Shown here one piece after another: positions 1-12,932 of a stretch of DNA of 64,000 bases. A model generated the notes under the pieces. It was not told the DNA's origin. It saw only the letters and a program-made list of their open reading frames with translations, and did not search any database. This stretch comes from Blastocystis sp. Blastoise (taxonomy: Eukaryota; Protista; Bigyra: Opalinata), in contig JBBPEB010000013.1 in NCBI GenBank assembly GCA_039096225.1, positions 1,426,001-1,490,000 on the forward strand, in the 5' to 3' direction. The position numbers and the translations under genes are program-made. Position 1 is the stretch's first letter, and the number at the start of each line of letters is the position of its first letter.

Positions 1-734
1 TTATATAAGTATTTGTTTAGTATTCTCTTGGTTGTTGTTTTATTCGATTATCTCCAAATGTCATTATTATTATATTTCTTTATAAATAATCAAATTTAAT
101 TCAATGTCTTGCATAAACTAATCATCACTCATCAAGATATAAGATTCTTGAAATATCAATTGATCGAATATAATAAATATTTAATAGGATGACCAAAAAA
201 GACTGAATCCTTGAAATAATGTCTTCTTTTTTTTATAACATGAAAAATAAATAAAATTATAGCTTAGCATACTATTTCATCATAACTGGTAATAACTACA
301 TTATCATTACTAACACATTGATGACATAAGTTTTTTTATAATGTTAACCATTTCATATTTGCTATTTATTGATTGTTTTTGATTACTCATGTCTATCGAT
401 TGTGTATATTCTGGAAAGATTTCTTGTGACAATGTACAATATTTTAATTTTTTTAAAGCAAATTTTTATTGAAATTATAAATACATGTATTCAAATAGTA
501 CATTTATTTTAGAAATTGACAATAAAAAGTTCATATTAGAAACCAATTAGTGATTTATTAAATAAAAGAATCTGTTAACGATTATTTGTGTTTTCTATGT
601 GTACTTTTTGAAATTTTCAAGATTTAATAATCAAATTAGATTCTTCTCGATAATACTCATTATTTTCATCAACAAGCGCTTTATTATATTATATAATATA
701 TCTTGATAATAGAATACAGCAATAGAATATTGAT

Positions 735-2008
735 ATGGCATCAAATAATAAGATTCCCGTATTCAAAGCAGGTATTGTCTCTTATTTTATTATAATAATG
801 TTTCTTTAGGTGATGAATGTATTGCTAAACTTGGTGATAAATGGTACCCAGCTAAAGTTCTTGCTGTGAACTTGGTCAAGACTGATCCAACTCAAAATAA
901 ATATTATATTCATTATCCTCATGTAAATCACATTGAGATTATGTTATTCTATGCATTTATGTCATTATAGGTTAATAGAAGAATGGATACTTGGCTTGGT
1001 GTCAAAGAAGTTGCTCCAAAAGAGCATGAAAAAGTTCCAGTATATTACTATTTTAAATTGTAGATAATGGAGTAACAATATATTTATTTCTAGATTCCTG
1101 ATAAGTCAAAACTAGTGGATCACATTGTATTTTTGAGTTAAGTTTTTTGTAATTATTTATAGGAGAAATTTGAAATTCAAGGATTGAAAATCCAAATATC
1201 GGATTCTGTATATATTTCTATGATTGTTTAAATATATATATAAATATATATATACATATATATATATATAAAATCTATCTTTTGATTGTTTAGAATGTGA
1301 TTAATTTTATTGAGCCTGAACATACAACAAATGAAGGAATGGATGAAGCCTCTATTCGAGAACATGAAGAAGTCACGAAAGTTAAAGTATATATATATAT
1401 ATATGTATTATTTTATATTCATTATCTGTCTATGTATCATGTAGTATAATAGTAATTCTATTTGTATAATGAATCATGTATATACTATATAGAATATTCA
1501 AAGTATTCAAATAGGTAAATATCATGTAGAAACATGGTATTTCAGTCCATTCCCTAAGGAGTGTTGGAGTTCAGGCATTCAAGAATGTGTATGATGATAT
1601 ATATTATATTTATTCTATTTATTCTATTTATTCTATTTATTCTATTTATTCTATTTATTCTATTTATTATTATTATTTATTCTATTTATTATTATTATTT
1701 ATTCTATTTATTATTATTATTTATCATCCGATATATCTATATATTTCTTTTAATTTATATTTATTTTAACATTTTAAAAATTTTATAGATTTATCTAATA
1801 TTATTTTATATAACTTTTTTTAATATTATATATAGTTATATATATGTGAGTACTGTTTATCTTTCTTTACTACAGAACATCAACTAGAACGTCACTCCAT
1901 GAAATGTAAAGCTATGGTATATATGTTTATTTATTTCTACTTTTTTATTCATTCCATATATATCTTCTTTTTATTACTATTTTAGTAAATATATATATAA
2001 TAATAATA

Positions 2009-2039
<31 letters not shown>

Positions 2040-3196
2040 GTGTCCTCCTGGAGATGAGATATATCGTCATAATAATTTATCTGTGTTTGAAGTAGATGGA
2101 GGTGGTGATTATGCACAACATATATATGCACAAAATATATCATATATTGCCAAGTTATTTTTGGATCATAAAACATTATTTTTCGACGTTACTCCTTTTT
2201 TCTTCTATGTCGTTTGTGAATATGATGACAAAGGGTATCATGTCGTAGGGTATTATAGTAAAGAAAAATATAGTGAACAAGGTATATATATATATATTAA
2301 AAGTTTCGTTATATATATATATATATCTTAGGGTATAACCTGGCATGTATTATGACATTACCTCAATATCAGGTATATATCTATTTATTAAAATGAATTC
2401 ATCTATTATACTCATAATATATTATAATTCTATTATAATATAATATAGAGAAAAGGTTATGGTCATTTCCTTATTGAATTTTCATATGCATTGTCTAAAG
2501 TGGAACAAAAAGTAATTCTTTTATATTTTTATTTTATCCACTATATATATATATATTATTAATATTATATATCTTTATTTTAGGTTGGAAGCCCTGAAAA
2601 ACCTCTTTCTGATTTAGGTCATCTCTCTTATACATCCTTTTGGAAGAATGGTATTGACTACTCTATTTTATGAAAACCCCTATATCATTATTGATTTTTT
2701 ATAATGATTTCTATTCATATTTATTATTTATTATATTTATCTAGAAATTGTAAGAATTCTTGCGGATCTAAATGGACAAATGATATCTATAATCGATATT
2801 GCTAAAGTATACTATTATCTTTTCTATATCCTCTATAATAATAATAATATATTTCTCTTTCTAGCAAACATCATTTACTATTGAAGATATTCATCATACA
2901 CTTCGAAATCTACACTTAATACAATACTCTAATGGTCAACATATTCTTGCTGTTCCACAAGAATTAATTGATAAAGTCTTATCTGCTGTATATATACTAT
3001 ATTATTCTTTATATATTCATTAATATGATATAAATATATATAGCACAAAAAACATAAAGGACCTCTCGTAGACATGAATAGTTTACATTGGGAACCAACA
3101 GATGTATATATAAAAAAATTTATATCTTCTTACTCTCTATAGTTTAATCCTCCAAATGATAAATGGTCATATGCTTCTTTAGCTCGAAGTGAATAA
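735..3196 (+). CDS. MYST-family histone acetyltransferase (Esa1/Tip60/MOF type), about 16 exons
   Basis: Manual splicing across 15 GT-AG introns gives a Tudor-knot/chromobarrel ([16 protein letters not shown]), [21 protein letters not shown], a C2HC finger (LYICEYCL..H), [39 protein letters not shown] and [11 protein letters not shown]; stop TAA at 3194-3196. Confidence 0.95.
1607..1668. repeat. 9-bp tandem repeat (TATTCTATT)n in a MYST intron
   Basis: Directly visible; explains the spurious ILFILF and YSIYSI ORFs. Confidence 0.9.
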
Positions 3197-3371
3197 CTAA
3201 TAAAAATATGTCTTAAAATATTCTTCATTTACTATTTATATAAAAATATTATGGTACTATATATAGTATTTGTTGTGTATTACTAAATGAAAAAAATAAA
3301 TAAAATACAAAAGTATTCACACTTTCGTGTGTTAATTTAGAAGTTTACGATTCAAAGGATAGTGAAAAAAC

Positions 3372-4048
3372 TTAAGCTTTAGTGACACGACGAGCCTTTC
3401 TCTTTTCAATCATAGCAACAAAACGTTGGAAGTCGTTTCTGTTGGCCTTTTCCTTTCTGGCAGCAAGTTTCTTAGCCCAAGCAGTTTCGGTCCATTGTTC
3501 CTTAACCTTTTGAGAATTAAAAAATAATTATAATCATGAATATAACGAAAGTTTTACTATAAATAACATATAATAAATTTATTTTTGAGATTCCCAAGCC
3601 TTGATGACTTCACCAGTACGAGCACCTCTGGTGATCTTACAGACGATCTTAGTGAGGAAAACTCTCTTAAGATGTATAGATACATATTATAGACACATCA
3701 AAATAAAGGTAGAATTTATTATAAAAATACAAAAAATGAGGAATATAAAAACACATACACTGACAATTTGACGCTTGACACCAGTAAATTTGTAAGGACC
3801 ATCAACTAAAACTTTGTTTTCATCGATAATATCGACAATGGTAGCGAGTCTACCGAAGAGAGTTCCGTAATTAATGTAAACAACTCTTCCTACTTCAACA
3901 AAACGAGTGAAAGTCATTAGAAGATCGATAATAGAGTAATGAAGACAATTGAAATTAATGATCAATTTGAAGATGAGAGAACTTCGTTGTAATTGTTTAT
4001 AAGGATATTTAATAAGAGCATATATAATAGGATTAAATAACATACCAT
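3372..4048 (-). CDS. RPL14: 60S ribosomal protein L14 (eL14)
   Basis: Spliced product [78 protein letters not shown]. Start is either ATG 4048 followed by a GTATGT intron, or the in-frame ATG at 3917. Intron ends are non-canonical (see findings). Confidence 0.95.
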
Positions 4049-4345
4049 TTTTATTGTCCTTTGATAGTAAAAACCGTCTAAATATATTAAATTAGGTTGA
4101 TACCACAGAATGGGTGAAAAAAAAAGAAAGATGGTTTTTATTGACAGAAATAAAATTGGCCAATCAAAATGATGAGTGCAATGCTCCAAATTGGTTTTTA
4201 TAAATTATAAATTTAATGCGAATATATGGTGTTTTTTTAATCCATTCAATTAAAATTGCACTTGCTCTCATTTTTTTTGGCAAAAAACCATATTAATAAG
4301 ACAAGTTAGTCCTAATTTATTAAATTATTCTCCTCATTTTAAGCA
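4049..4345. promoter_or_regulatory. Putative bidirectional promoter between divergent RPL14 and RPL5
   Basis: About 300 bp separate the two divergent start codons; both genes begin ATG|GTATGT. Promoter function is inferred from the geometry only. Confidence 0.6.
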
Positions 4346-5483
4346 ATGGTATGTATTTTAATATGTAAAATGATAATATGAAGTGCTATGAATGCTATAT
4401 CTATTTTTCTAAGCACTTTGATGTTACTTTTTTTTAATTAGATTTTATAATTAGTGTTTTTGCTATTTTTATTGCTTCTTTTGGCTTTTGTAAAGGTTGT
4501 CAAGAATAAGGCTTATTTTAAGCGTTATCAAACTAAGTTACGTAGAAGACGTGAAGGTAAGACCGATTATTATGCTCGTAAGCGATTAATGGTTCAAGCC
4601 AAGAACAAGTATCAAACTCCTAAATACCGTCTTGTTGCTCGTATCACTAATCATCAAGTTATTGCCCAAATCGTTTCTTCTGAAATTGTTGGTGATAAGG
4701 TTATGTGTGCTGCTTACTCTGCTGAACTTCCCCGTTATGGTGTCAAGCTCGGTTTAACCAACTATGCTGCTGCTTACTGTACTGGACTCCTTTGTGCCAG
4801 AAGACTTCTTCAAAAACTCAACCTTGCTGATCTCTACATATATATAGTATAATAGCTTTTATAAGAAATATGTTATTTATGTTAATTTTTAAGAATAAAA
4901 TATATATATATATATATTCTATTATTATTATTATAGCTACAAGGGTAACGAAAAGGTTGATGGTAAGACTGTCACCTGTGAAGATGAAGGTAAGACTTAT
5001 TATGTTAAGGAAATCAACGAAAAGAGAAATCCTTTCCATGCTGTCCTTGATATTGGTCTTAAGAGAACCACTACTGGTGCTAAGATCTTCGCTGTTCTTA
5101 AGGGAGCTGTCGATGGTGGTCTTGATATTCCTCACTCTGAAAAGAGATTCGCTGGTTACAACAGAGAAGAAAAGAAGTTTGAACCTGAAGGTCTTAAGGA
5201 TAAGATTTTCGGTAAGAACATTGCTGAATACATGAACGACCTTAAGGGTGAAGATGAAGCTCTTTATGAAAAGCAATTCTCTCAATACATTAAGGCTGGT
5301 ATTTCTGGTGATGATCTTGAAAAGATCTACAAGGAAGCTCACAAGGCTATCCGTGCTGATCCTTCTCCTGCTGCTAAGAAGGAAGTTGATTACAAGGCTC
5401 TCTATGGAAAATTCCACAACCACATTGCTATTACCTATGAAGAACGTAAGGCTCGTGTTGCTGCCAAGAAGGCTCAAATGTAA
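4346..5483 (+). CDS. RPL5: 60S ribosomal protein L5 (uL18)
   Basis: [78 protein letters not shown]. Exons 4346-4348, 4484-4833, 4937-5483. Confidence 0.97.
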
Positions 5484-5643
5484 ATAACGCTTTAATCAGT
5501 TTTATTTACTCCATCATTGAGGAGATATTTTATAGTTGTTTGGTTTTTATTCTTTTTTTTTTTTTAATTAATACATAATCAATATAACAAAACAAAATAA
5601 TAAACAAAAATGAATAATAAAATAGAAATAACAACAAATATTT

Positions 5644-6057
5644 TTAATAATAGTCTTCATCACTTGCCATATCTAGTTCATCTAAATAATCACTACGATA
5701 TGTGAATGTTTGTTCTTCTTCTGATAAAGAGCTAACAGATTCTTGTTCCTCTTCAGGAGTAGATACTGTTGTATCTTGTTTCTTCTTTGCTAATATATCT
5801 GATATATTCATGGATAGATCGTTTTCTTTTGTAGAATTTTGAGAAGCTTGTGTAACTTGTGTATTCGTAGGAGTTGCAGGTATAGATTGAGATAAAAGTT
5901 GTGATAAAGACAATGAATTCGATTGACTAACAGAAGGAGTAGGAGTAGAGGAAGTTGATATTGTTTTGCTAGGTTTGATAGAACTCGTAGATTGAGAAGG
6001 AGAAGAAATACTATTTTGTTGTTTATCTGTTTTTCCATTAATTGTTGTTGTTGATGA

Positions 6058-6099
<42 letters not shown>

Positions 6100-7191
6100 A
6101 TCTGACGTTGTTGGTAGAGAAGGATCTGAAACTGTACTATCATTTGAAGAAGTTTGATGTGACCTATCTGTTCCTTTTGTAGCAGCAGTTTCATTCTCAA
6201 TTTCACGGATCTTCTCAATATCTATATACAAAGAAAAAGTAGTATTGATAGTTTATAAATATTCAAACAATATATAATAAGTTCATAATGTATATCATCC
6301 ATACTATTATCATTTTCTTTTAATAATAGAGTGACTATACATAGAGAAATCAAAATATACCTAATTTTTCTTGAACATGGCCATGTAAATACATAGCAAT
6401 CAATTCAGGTTTTCGTTTTTCTTCATTTTTAAATTTATTTTTAATCTCTTTTCGTTCTCTGTCAGGAAAGAATTTATTAATTAACGAGAAATTTGTACCA
6501 CATTGTAATAAGCAATTATAAAACTTTTTAGTATCATCATATGACCAACGTTTTGTTTTCAATTGTTTTCTATATATATAGAAAACAATTATTTAATAAT
6601 AAAATAAATGTATAAAAAAAGTAAGATACATAGTATAAATAAATGAATAATAAATACTTTTTATATCCACTTCCATTATTTGTAGAATCATCGTCAACAA
6701 ATTCATAATTATTAACTTGTCTATTCTATTTAAAAAATAGGGTATATATACATATTTGTTGATTATGAATAAAACTATCATTTACATATTTAAAAATATA
6801 TATTATATTAAATATGTATATATACTAAGGATGCACTATCAACAACAATTTGTCCATTAATAATCTTAACTTCTACACCATGTGATTTTGCTTTTGGAAC
6901 AACATTTGGTAGTGTTGTTGAAGGTTCTTCTTGTACTTGTTGTTCTTCGTCTTCATTTTGTTCAGAATTAGTTTTTGAACGAGAATGACGCTTATCTTCT
7001 TGCATTTTAGAGAAATCTGCCAAAACTCTTTTCCGTGGTATAACAGTTTGAGCATCTTTAGATTCTTCATTATATGTCTGTTTTTTGGGTTGTCTTGGAC
7101 GTAAACGTTTTGCTATACTGACGCTACTTGACCGACTACGTGAAATCGACAATTGATTTAAGGCTCCAGTTGAATCAACTTCATTATCCAT
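5644..7191 (-). CDS. BDP1: TFIIIB B-double-prime subunit (Bdp1-like), SANT/Myb domain
   Basis: VKIINGQIVVDSASL followed by RWSYDDTKKFYNCLLQCGTNFSLINKFFPDRERKEIKNKFKNEEKRKPELI, the Bdp1 SANT signature; Thr/Ser-rich C-terminus with an (ACA)n poly-Thr run; 4 exons. Confidence 0.85.
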
Positions 7192-7299
7192 TTTTTTACG
7201 AATTTATAATGAAATATTCAATCAAACGAAAAATTTTAAAAAATTAAAAAAAAATTACAAAATTAAAGAAATTTTTAAGACTTTTTTGTCAATATATAT

Positions 7300-7711
7300 C
7301 ACTAGTAGGCATTTTGTTTTTTAGTAAAAAAATCTATCTATTGGGTAACCAAAACCTTATCTAAAAAATGGGCTATTTTCTTATCTAACGACAAAAAATC
7401 TTCTCTAACCATATGCCAGGAAGTTATCTAACACGTTTGACCCAGCTGGCATCTTTTTTTTTAAGAGCAGTTTTTAGTGTTTTTCTTTTCTAACACAAGG
7501 CAAATATATGTCTATTCACTAGTAGGCATTTTGTTTTTAGTAAAAAAATCTATCTATTGGGTAACAAAACCTTATCTAAAAAATGAGCCATTTTCTTCTC
7601 TAACCATATGCCAGGAAGTTATCTAACACGTCTGACACAGCTGGCATCTTTTTTTTTAAGAGCAGTTTTTGGTGTTTTTCTTTTCTAACACAAGGCAAAT
7701 ATATGTCTATT
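7300..7711. repeat. Tandem duplication of the transposon left end (7300-7516 and 7517-7711)
   Basis: Two near-identical copies, each starting CACTAGTAGGCA; the second lacks a segment of about 21 nt containing one TTATCTAACG motif. Confidence 0.92.
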
Positions 7712-7969
7712 TGTATTTTATCTGCTCTAAAGGTATCTATATTTTTCTCTAATACACATTTTAAACACATTATCATGTATTTTTAAGATAAAATTTGGGT
7801 GCTATTTGTTGGATAAAACCTGTCTTATTTATTTAATTAATCGTTGTGTGAATGATAATTAAAATTATATTAACAAAAGACAATAAATAATAATAAAATA
7901 ATTATAACAATAATAAAGATAAGAAAATAATAGTTATTTTGATTTGTTTTGAGTAATTTGATAACATTT

Positions 7970-8570
7970 TGGATCACTATAAATATATAAATGATAGGAA
8001 TGATAATAATATAGATAATATATAATATATACCTTGTAATGAAACTTCTAAAGCGACTCCATGAAGAAAAGCCGACACTATAAAAATATATTGAATAAAA
8101 AATAATATAATATAGCAATATACCTTCTCAATCCAAATAGTGTGGACCAGGTAAGACCTCAGAGAACACCCATTATCTTTAGAAAAAAAAAATAGTTAAT
8201 TTCAAAAAATATTAATATAATTAAATACCTTTAGAACCATGGAGTTGTCGACTAGGGAGACCTGCTACAACATCTGAACCTATAGAAGATAATATTAATA
8301 AAAAACTACAACAATGTAAAAATATATACCTTTTATAGCACCGGATTTCGGATCACCTAAACCACACAACTCATGAGTTAACTTTAAAATATGAAGAGGA
8401 ATCAGGACCTATTTGAAGCTATTTCGACGGACCCGTAAGCCTATATGATATAAAATAAATAAATTATATAGTATACATTTTAAAAACTATATAAAATAGT
8501 TGCGAATCAATTAAAAATAAAAATAAATATGAAATTTTTTAGAATTTATTTTAAAAATACATACATGGCC
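7970..8570 (-). pseudogene. Degenerate spliced coding fragments of unknown identity inside the transposon
   Basis: GC-richer blocks bounded by AG and GTA splice signals (e.g. LTHELCGLGDPKSGAIK), but with stops in all frames; no family recognised. Confidence 0.35.
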
Positions 8571-9276
8571 CTAAAAATACAGAAAATCTTTTTTTTCTAT
8601 AATAAAAGTCTCTATAAATTTCTTTATTTCCAGGGGTTATCAATTCTCTAAAATTCTCCTTTTTTCTACTAAAACGTCTATTTGAATGCTAAATTGAGTT
8701 ATAAATGTATTTTATATGTATTAAGCTAGATTACTTCATTACAACATGTTTCTAGACTTAAAAGAGCAGAAACAAACTTATTTTAGCAAACTATAATTTC
8801 TATTTGAAATATTTGTGAGCAATATATATATAATAGTATTTGATTTATAATATGAATATCATAGAGAATAAAAATATATATTTGACATAGTTGTTTATAA
8901 AGTCATAATTCACATTTTACGAACATTTTTATTATAATATATTTTATTTTAATGGATTGTTGATATTACAAGTAAGTGAATGAATTGAGAAGGTTTGCAA
9001 GTTGTTATCAACATAAAATAATAAAATCTAATAAAAATATAAACAGGATTAATACGTATTCCATTTTACTATTATTCGAAAAGAATTCTTTACAATAATC
9101 TCATTCTATAATATTTACAAAACAAAATGAATAATATATAATTAAATATAACATAATAGAAGACATATATAAAAGTTAATAGACAATAAAAATATATATA
9201 TGTATATGACTTCTTTCTTTATCCTATATAAATTAATTATAAAAATATCTATAATTTAGTATATATATATATATGA

Positions 9277-9997
9277 CATTTTTCATCATCTACAATATAC
9301 AAAGCGCATTATCTATCAGTCTATATAACATATATAATAATAAAATAAAAATATTAAATATAATAAGTATAATAGTATATATATATACAAGACATATAAT
9401 AATGTTTTGATAATTATGGTTTTCAATGAGGGATATAAAACGCTGGTATTATAGGAGGTATGTAGCAGTATATATATTGATGTATCTGTAGTTTATAAGT
9501 ATATAATAAGCCTTGTTTGTAGTATGTCTAATATCTATCTATATATATATATATATTATATAATTAATAACAAATATAAAAGAGTAAATAATATATAATA
9601 TGCTACATCAAAAGTAATATAAAGTGAATATATATATACATAATTAAAATATTCTTGAGAATAAGTATTTCCCGCGATTATTGATTTATAAAGACAACAA
9701 GCCACTGTAAGGAGGGATGATGAAGGAGAAGATAAGAGGAAAGTAGTATATAACCACGGGAATAATTAAGTATATCTGGGATAATTTATGCTCAGCATAG
9801 TATGACGAAAAAATTCATGCTCAGCATAGTATGGCCAATAGGCTACCCGCCTATTGGCCTGGTCTACTATGCATACTCTAAAGAAAACACCTTCTACTAT
9901 GCTGAGTGTGAATTACGCCAGTATATCTAATAAAATATTTTATAAGAAGATCATATAAGTAGATGAAGAGAGATTCCCATATCTATAGATTGTATAT

Positions 9998-10038
<41 letters not shown>

Positions 10039-11705
10039 AAATCATATTCACATCATATTTTTCTTCTTTATTCGCGGTTTTCAGTCGATTACGAAGAAGA
10101 GAATATGCATATTGAACACCAATAGCTATATATTATACATAATAAAACCATAATAAATGTAATAAATATAATAAATATAAAAAATATAAAACATACAATG
10201 ATTTTTATCTTCTTCTCTTTTTCCTATATACCTAAACATATCTATCATTTCTTTTTCTTTTTTCTTTCCTATTTCTTCTCACCTTCAATTTCAACAGTAT
10301 TCAGTATATAATTCAATTCATAAATCAGTTCACCAATAGGTTTTTCTTCTCCTTCTCCTCTTTCTTTCTCTTCATAAGTATTCATTAATCCTATTTCTTC
10401 TTCTTCAGGTACTTCCATATCATCATCATCCATCAAATCATTTCCTGTATCTTTATATGCACCTGTGAAATAATTAGTAGGAGGAGGAGGAAAAGGAGGA
10501 CTATATACTTCTTCTAAACTATTATGGCTCATATTAAAGGAAATAGAATGACTATTTATCTTCTTTAATGTATGTAATTGAGGAGGTATATAAGAAGAAG
10601 GACAACGAGCTATTTGTATAATCTCTGCTATTCTTGTTAATAAGGTATACATAATATCTTGAGGAATAGAATTCAATTCATATTTATGGACTTCTTTATA
10701 TACAGATAGATACTTACTAATATTATTTCTCTTCTTTGTATTATATGTCAATTGATGATATAATATTGTAAGTAAAAACGAGATAATAAAGTATATAAAT
10801 TAAAATGGATTTCAGAGAAGGTTCAAAAGTATATAATAAATTGAAGAATGATTTATAACCATCATTTAAATATATTGCATTCTTAAACCATGTTGTTAAG
10901 AAGTAAAGCTATCTGATTTATAAAGTGGAATCAATGGAATATCACGTGCTTTTCTTCATTTGATTCGGGAGTACAAATACATCCTTAACGGAAAATATAC
11001 TCACCAACTGTTTTAATAGAATTTCGAATAGAATCAGGAATAGGTTGTGATTCAGGGATGTCATTTAAATATAATACTAGCAATTTACTTATACCTTAAT
11101 ACTCTATATATAATATGAATATAAGTATTTATATATATGTATAAGTATATATATATATATACTTATACATATATATATATAAGTATATATATATATATAC
11201 TTGTACTGTACATATATTATCACATGTATTCAATAATAAACTTTGTAAATATTCACGTTCTATATATAATAATAAGTATAATTCTATATATATATACGTT
11301 GATTAGGGAAGAGAGGGAGTAGTTGACATATAATGGTAGTTGCTTGAATGGATTCATATATACGGTTATTATGAACAGCCTCATAAAATATATCAATATC
11401 CTTATTTGTTAAAAGGATAACAGTACATATATGTTGAAGAAGAAAGAGAGACAATCGTAACGTTTGTGTATTTAAACACTGTTGGAATAACACATCTAAT
11501 ATATCCTATATATATAATAAGTAATATATATATATAGTTATATATACTCTGTCTCGTATGTATTGAACAAGTGATTTATAAATAGCAGATTTCTTTATCG
11601 TTTGAAGATCATGAAATAATGTAGTTAAATTAGTTATTCCATATATATATATATATATATAAAATTATTATATACATCAATTCTATTTTAAATATTTGAT
11701 CTCAT

Positions 11706-11744
<39 letters not shown>

Positions 11745-12350
11745 TATATAATTTTTGATAATCATAAGGATCTTGATAACTATATATATATAAATAAATC
11801 ATAATAAAAACTAATAATAATTACATTTTTCGTTTTTCAGCAAATTTCAGTGTATTAATATATTCATCAACATCAATTTGGCGGGGAAAATCACTTGGTA
11901 AAAATTTTTAATAACTATATATATAATAATAATAAATACACCATAATATATATATATATGTATACACCTTTCATTACAAATAGTTTCAAGTGAAGGAAGA
12001 GAAGTAACTATATATATATGCTTAATTTATACATAGAAAATAAGTATTCAAACTATATACATAATAATAGTAATAACATATTTAATATATATATATATAC
12101 ATCTTTTCCAAGGTTAACATCTGCCAATAATAGTTGCAATACATTCATATATTTATATAAAGAAGCCTCTATAGATTTATATAAAGAGTAATAATATTAA
12201 TAATAATATTGTTTATCTCTATATACCTCAACATATAACTTGAGGTACATACAGAGAATAGTGTCCGTTAAAGTGGAGATTGAGGGAGTCACGAGATGAT
12301 TACGTGATGAAATATCTAGAATCTTCTATATATCTGGATGTACATCGAAA
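9277..12350 (-). pseudogene. Decayed, intron-containing CACTA/EnSpm-type DDE transposase
   Basis: Motifs occur in the expected order: DIDIFYE..SIQATTIICQLLPLFPNQR (first Asp and NLPp..R-like), LVLYLNDIPE..GCIC (D-x-P-A then Cys), IPQDIMYTLL (D-h-M-H-like). Many in-frame stops, frameshifts and a MITE insertion; lies between CACTA TIRs. Confidence 0.6.
9778..9919. mobile_element. 142-bp MITE (9-bp TSD, GG-starting TIRs; Mutator- or Merlin-like) nested in the transposase
   Basis: TSD AGTATATCT at 9769-9777 and 9920-9928. Imperfect 25-bp TIRs GGGATAATTTATGCTCAGCATAGTA and TACTATGCTGAGTGTGAATTACGCC. Internal ATGCTCAGCATAGTATG repeat and a perfect hairpin GGCCAATAGGC-TACCC-GCCTATTGGCC. Confidence 0.88.
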
Positions 12351-12756
12351 CTATAAATAAATATTTATATAAAGCCTATTATGATTATTATATATAAGTG
12401 AATTATATTTATCAGAAACAGAGATAAAAAATATGTTATCATATAAATACCATATATATATAATATAAATAATATACTTTTTATTCTTATAGTAATAAGT
12501 AAGTTGTTATTTCGAATGTATATTGTACGAATAAATGACGAAAAGAAATGATACATCAGGTAACAAAATAGCTTCAATCTATAGATTGATAATTAATAGA
12601 ATAATAAACTAAAAGATAATTATAATAATAATAAATATATTTACTTGAATATTCTATTATCTATAAATCTTCACATATTTATATCAATTGAAATAAGTTC
12701 AATAGCTATTCTTACATATAATTCTAATCATAAAACAAGTTGTATCTCATATTCTA

Positions 12757-12799
<43 letters not shown>

Positions 12800-12932
12800 A
12801 TGAATAGATATAGATATAGAAACTAATATTCTTATAGTTTTTGTATATATACTAATAAACTAAAATATAATTATAATTAAACGTATAATAATAAAGATTA
12901 TAATATATAATAATATATAAACATATATATAC

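Noticed and set aside
1-700. Possible minus-strand gene fragment at the window start
   Set aside because: No consistent reading frame or recognisable motif could be assembled.
4349-4483. Intronic snoRNA in RPL5 intron 1 (AAGTGCT..AGCACTT stem)
   Set aside because: Only a 7-bp stem; no convincing C/D or H/ACA boxes.
5808-6218. Poly-glutamine protein ORF
   Set aside because: Alternative frame of the BDP1 last exon over an (ACA)n repeat.
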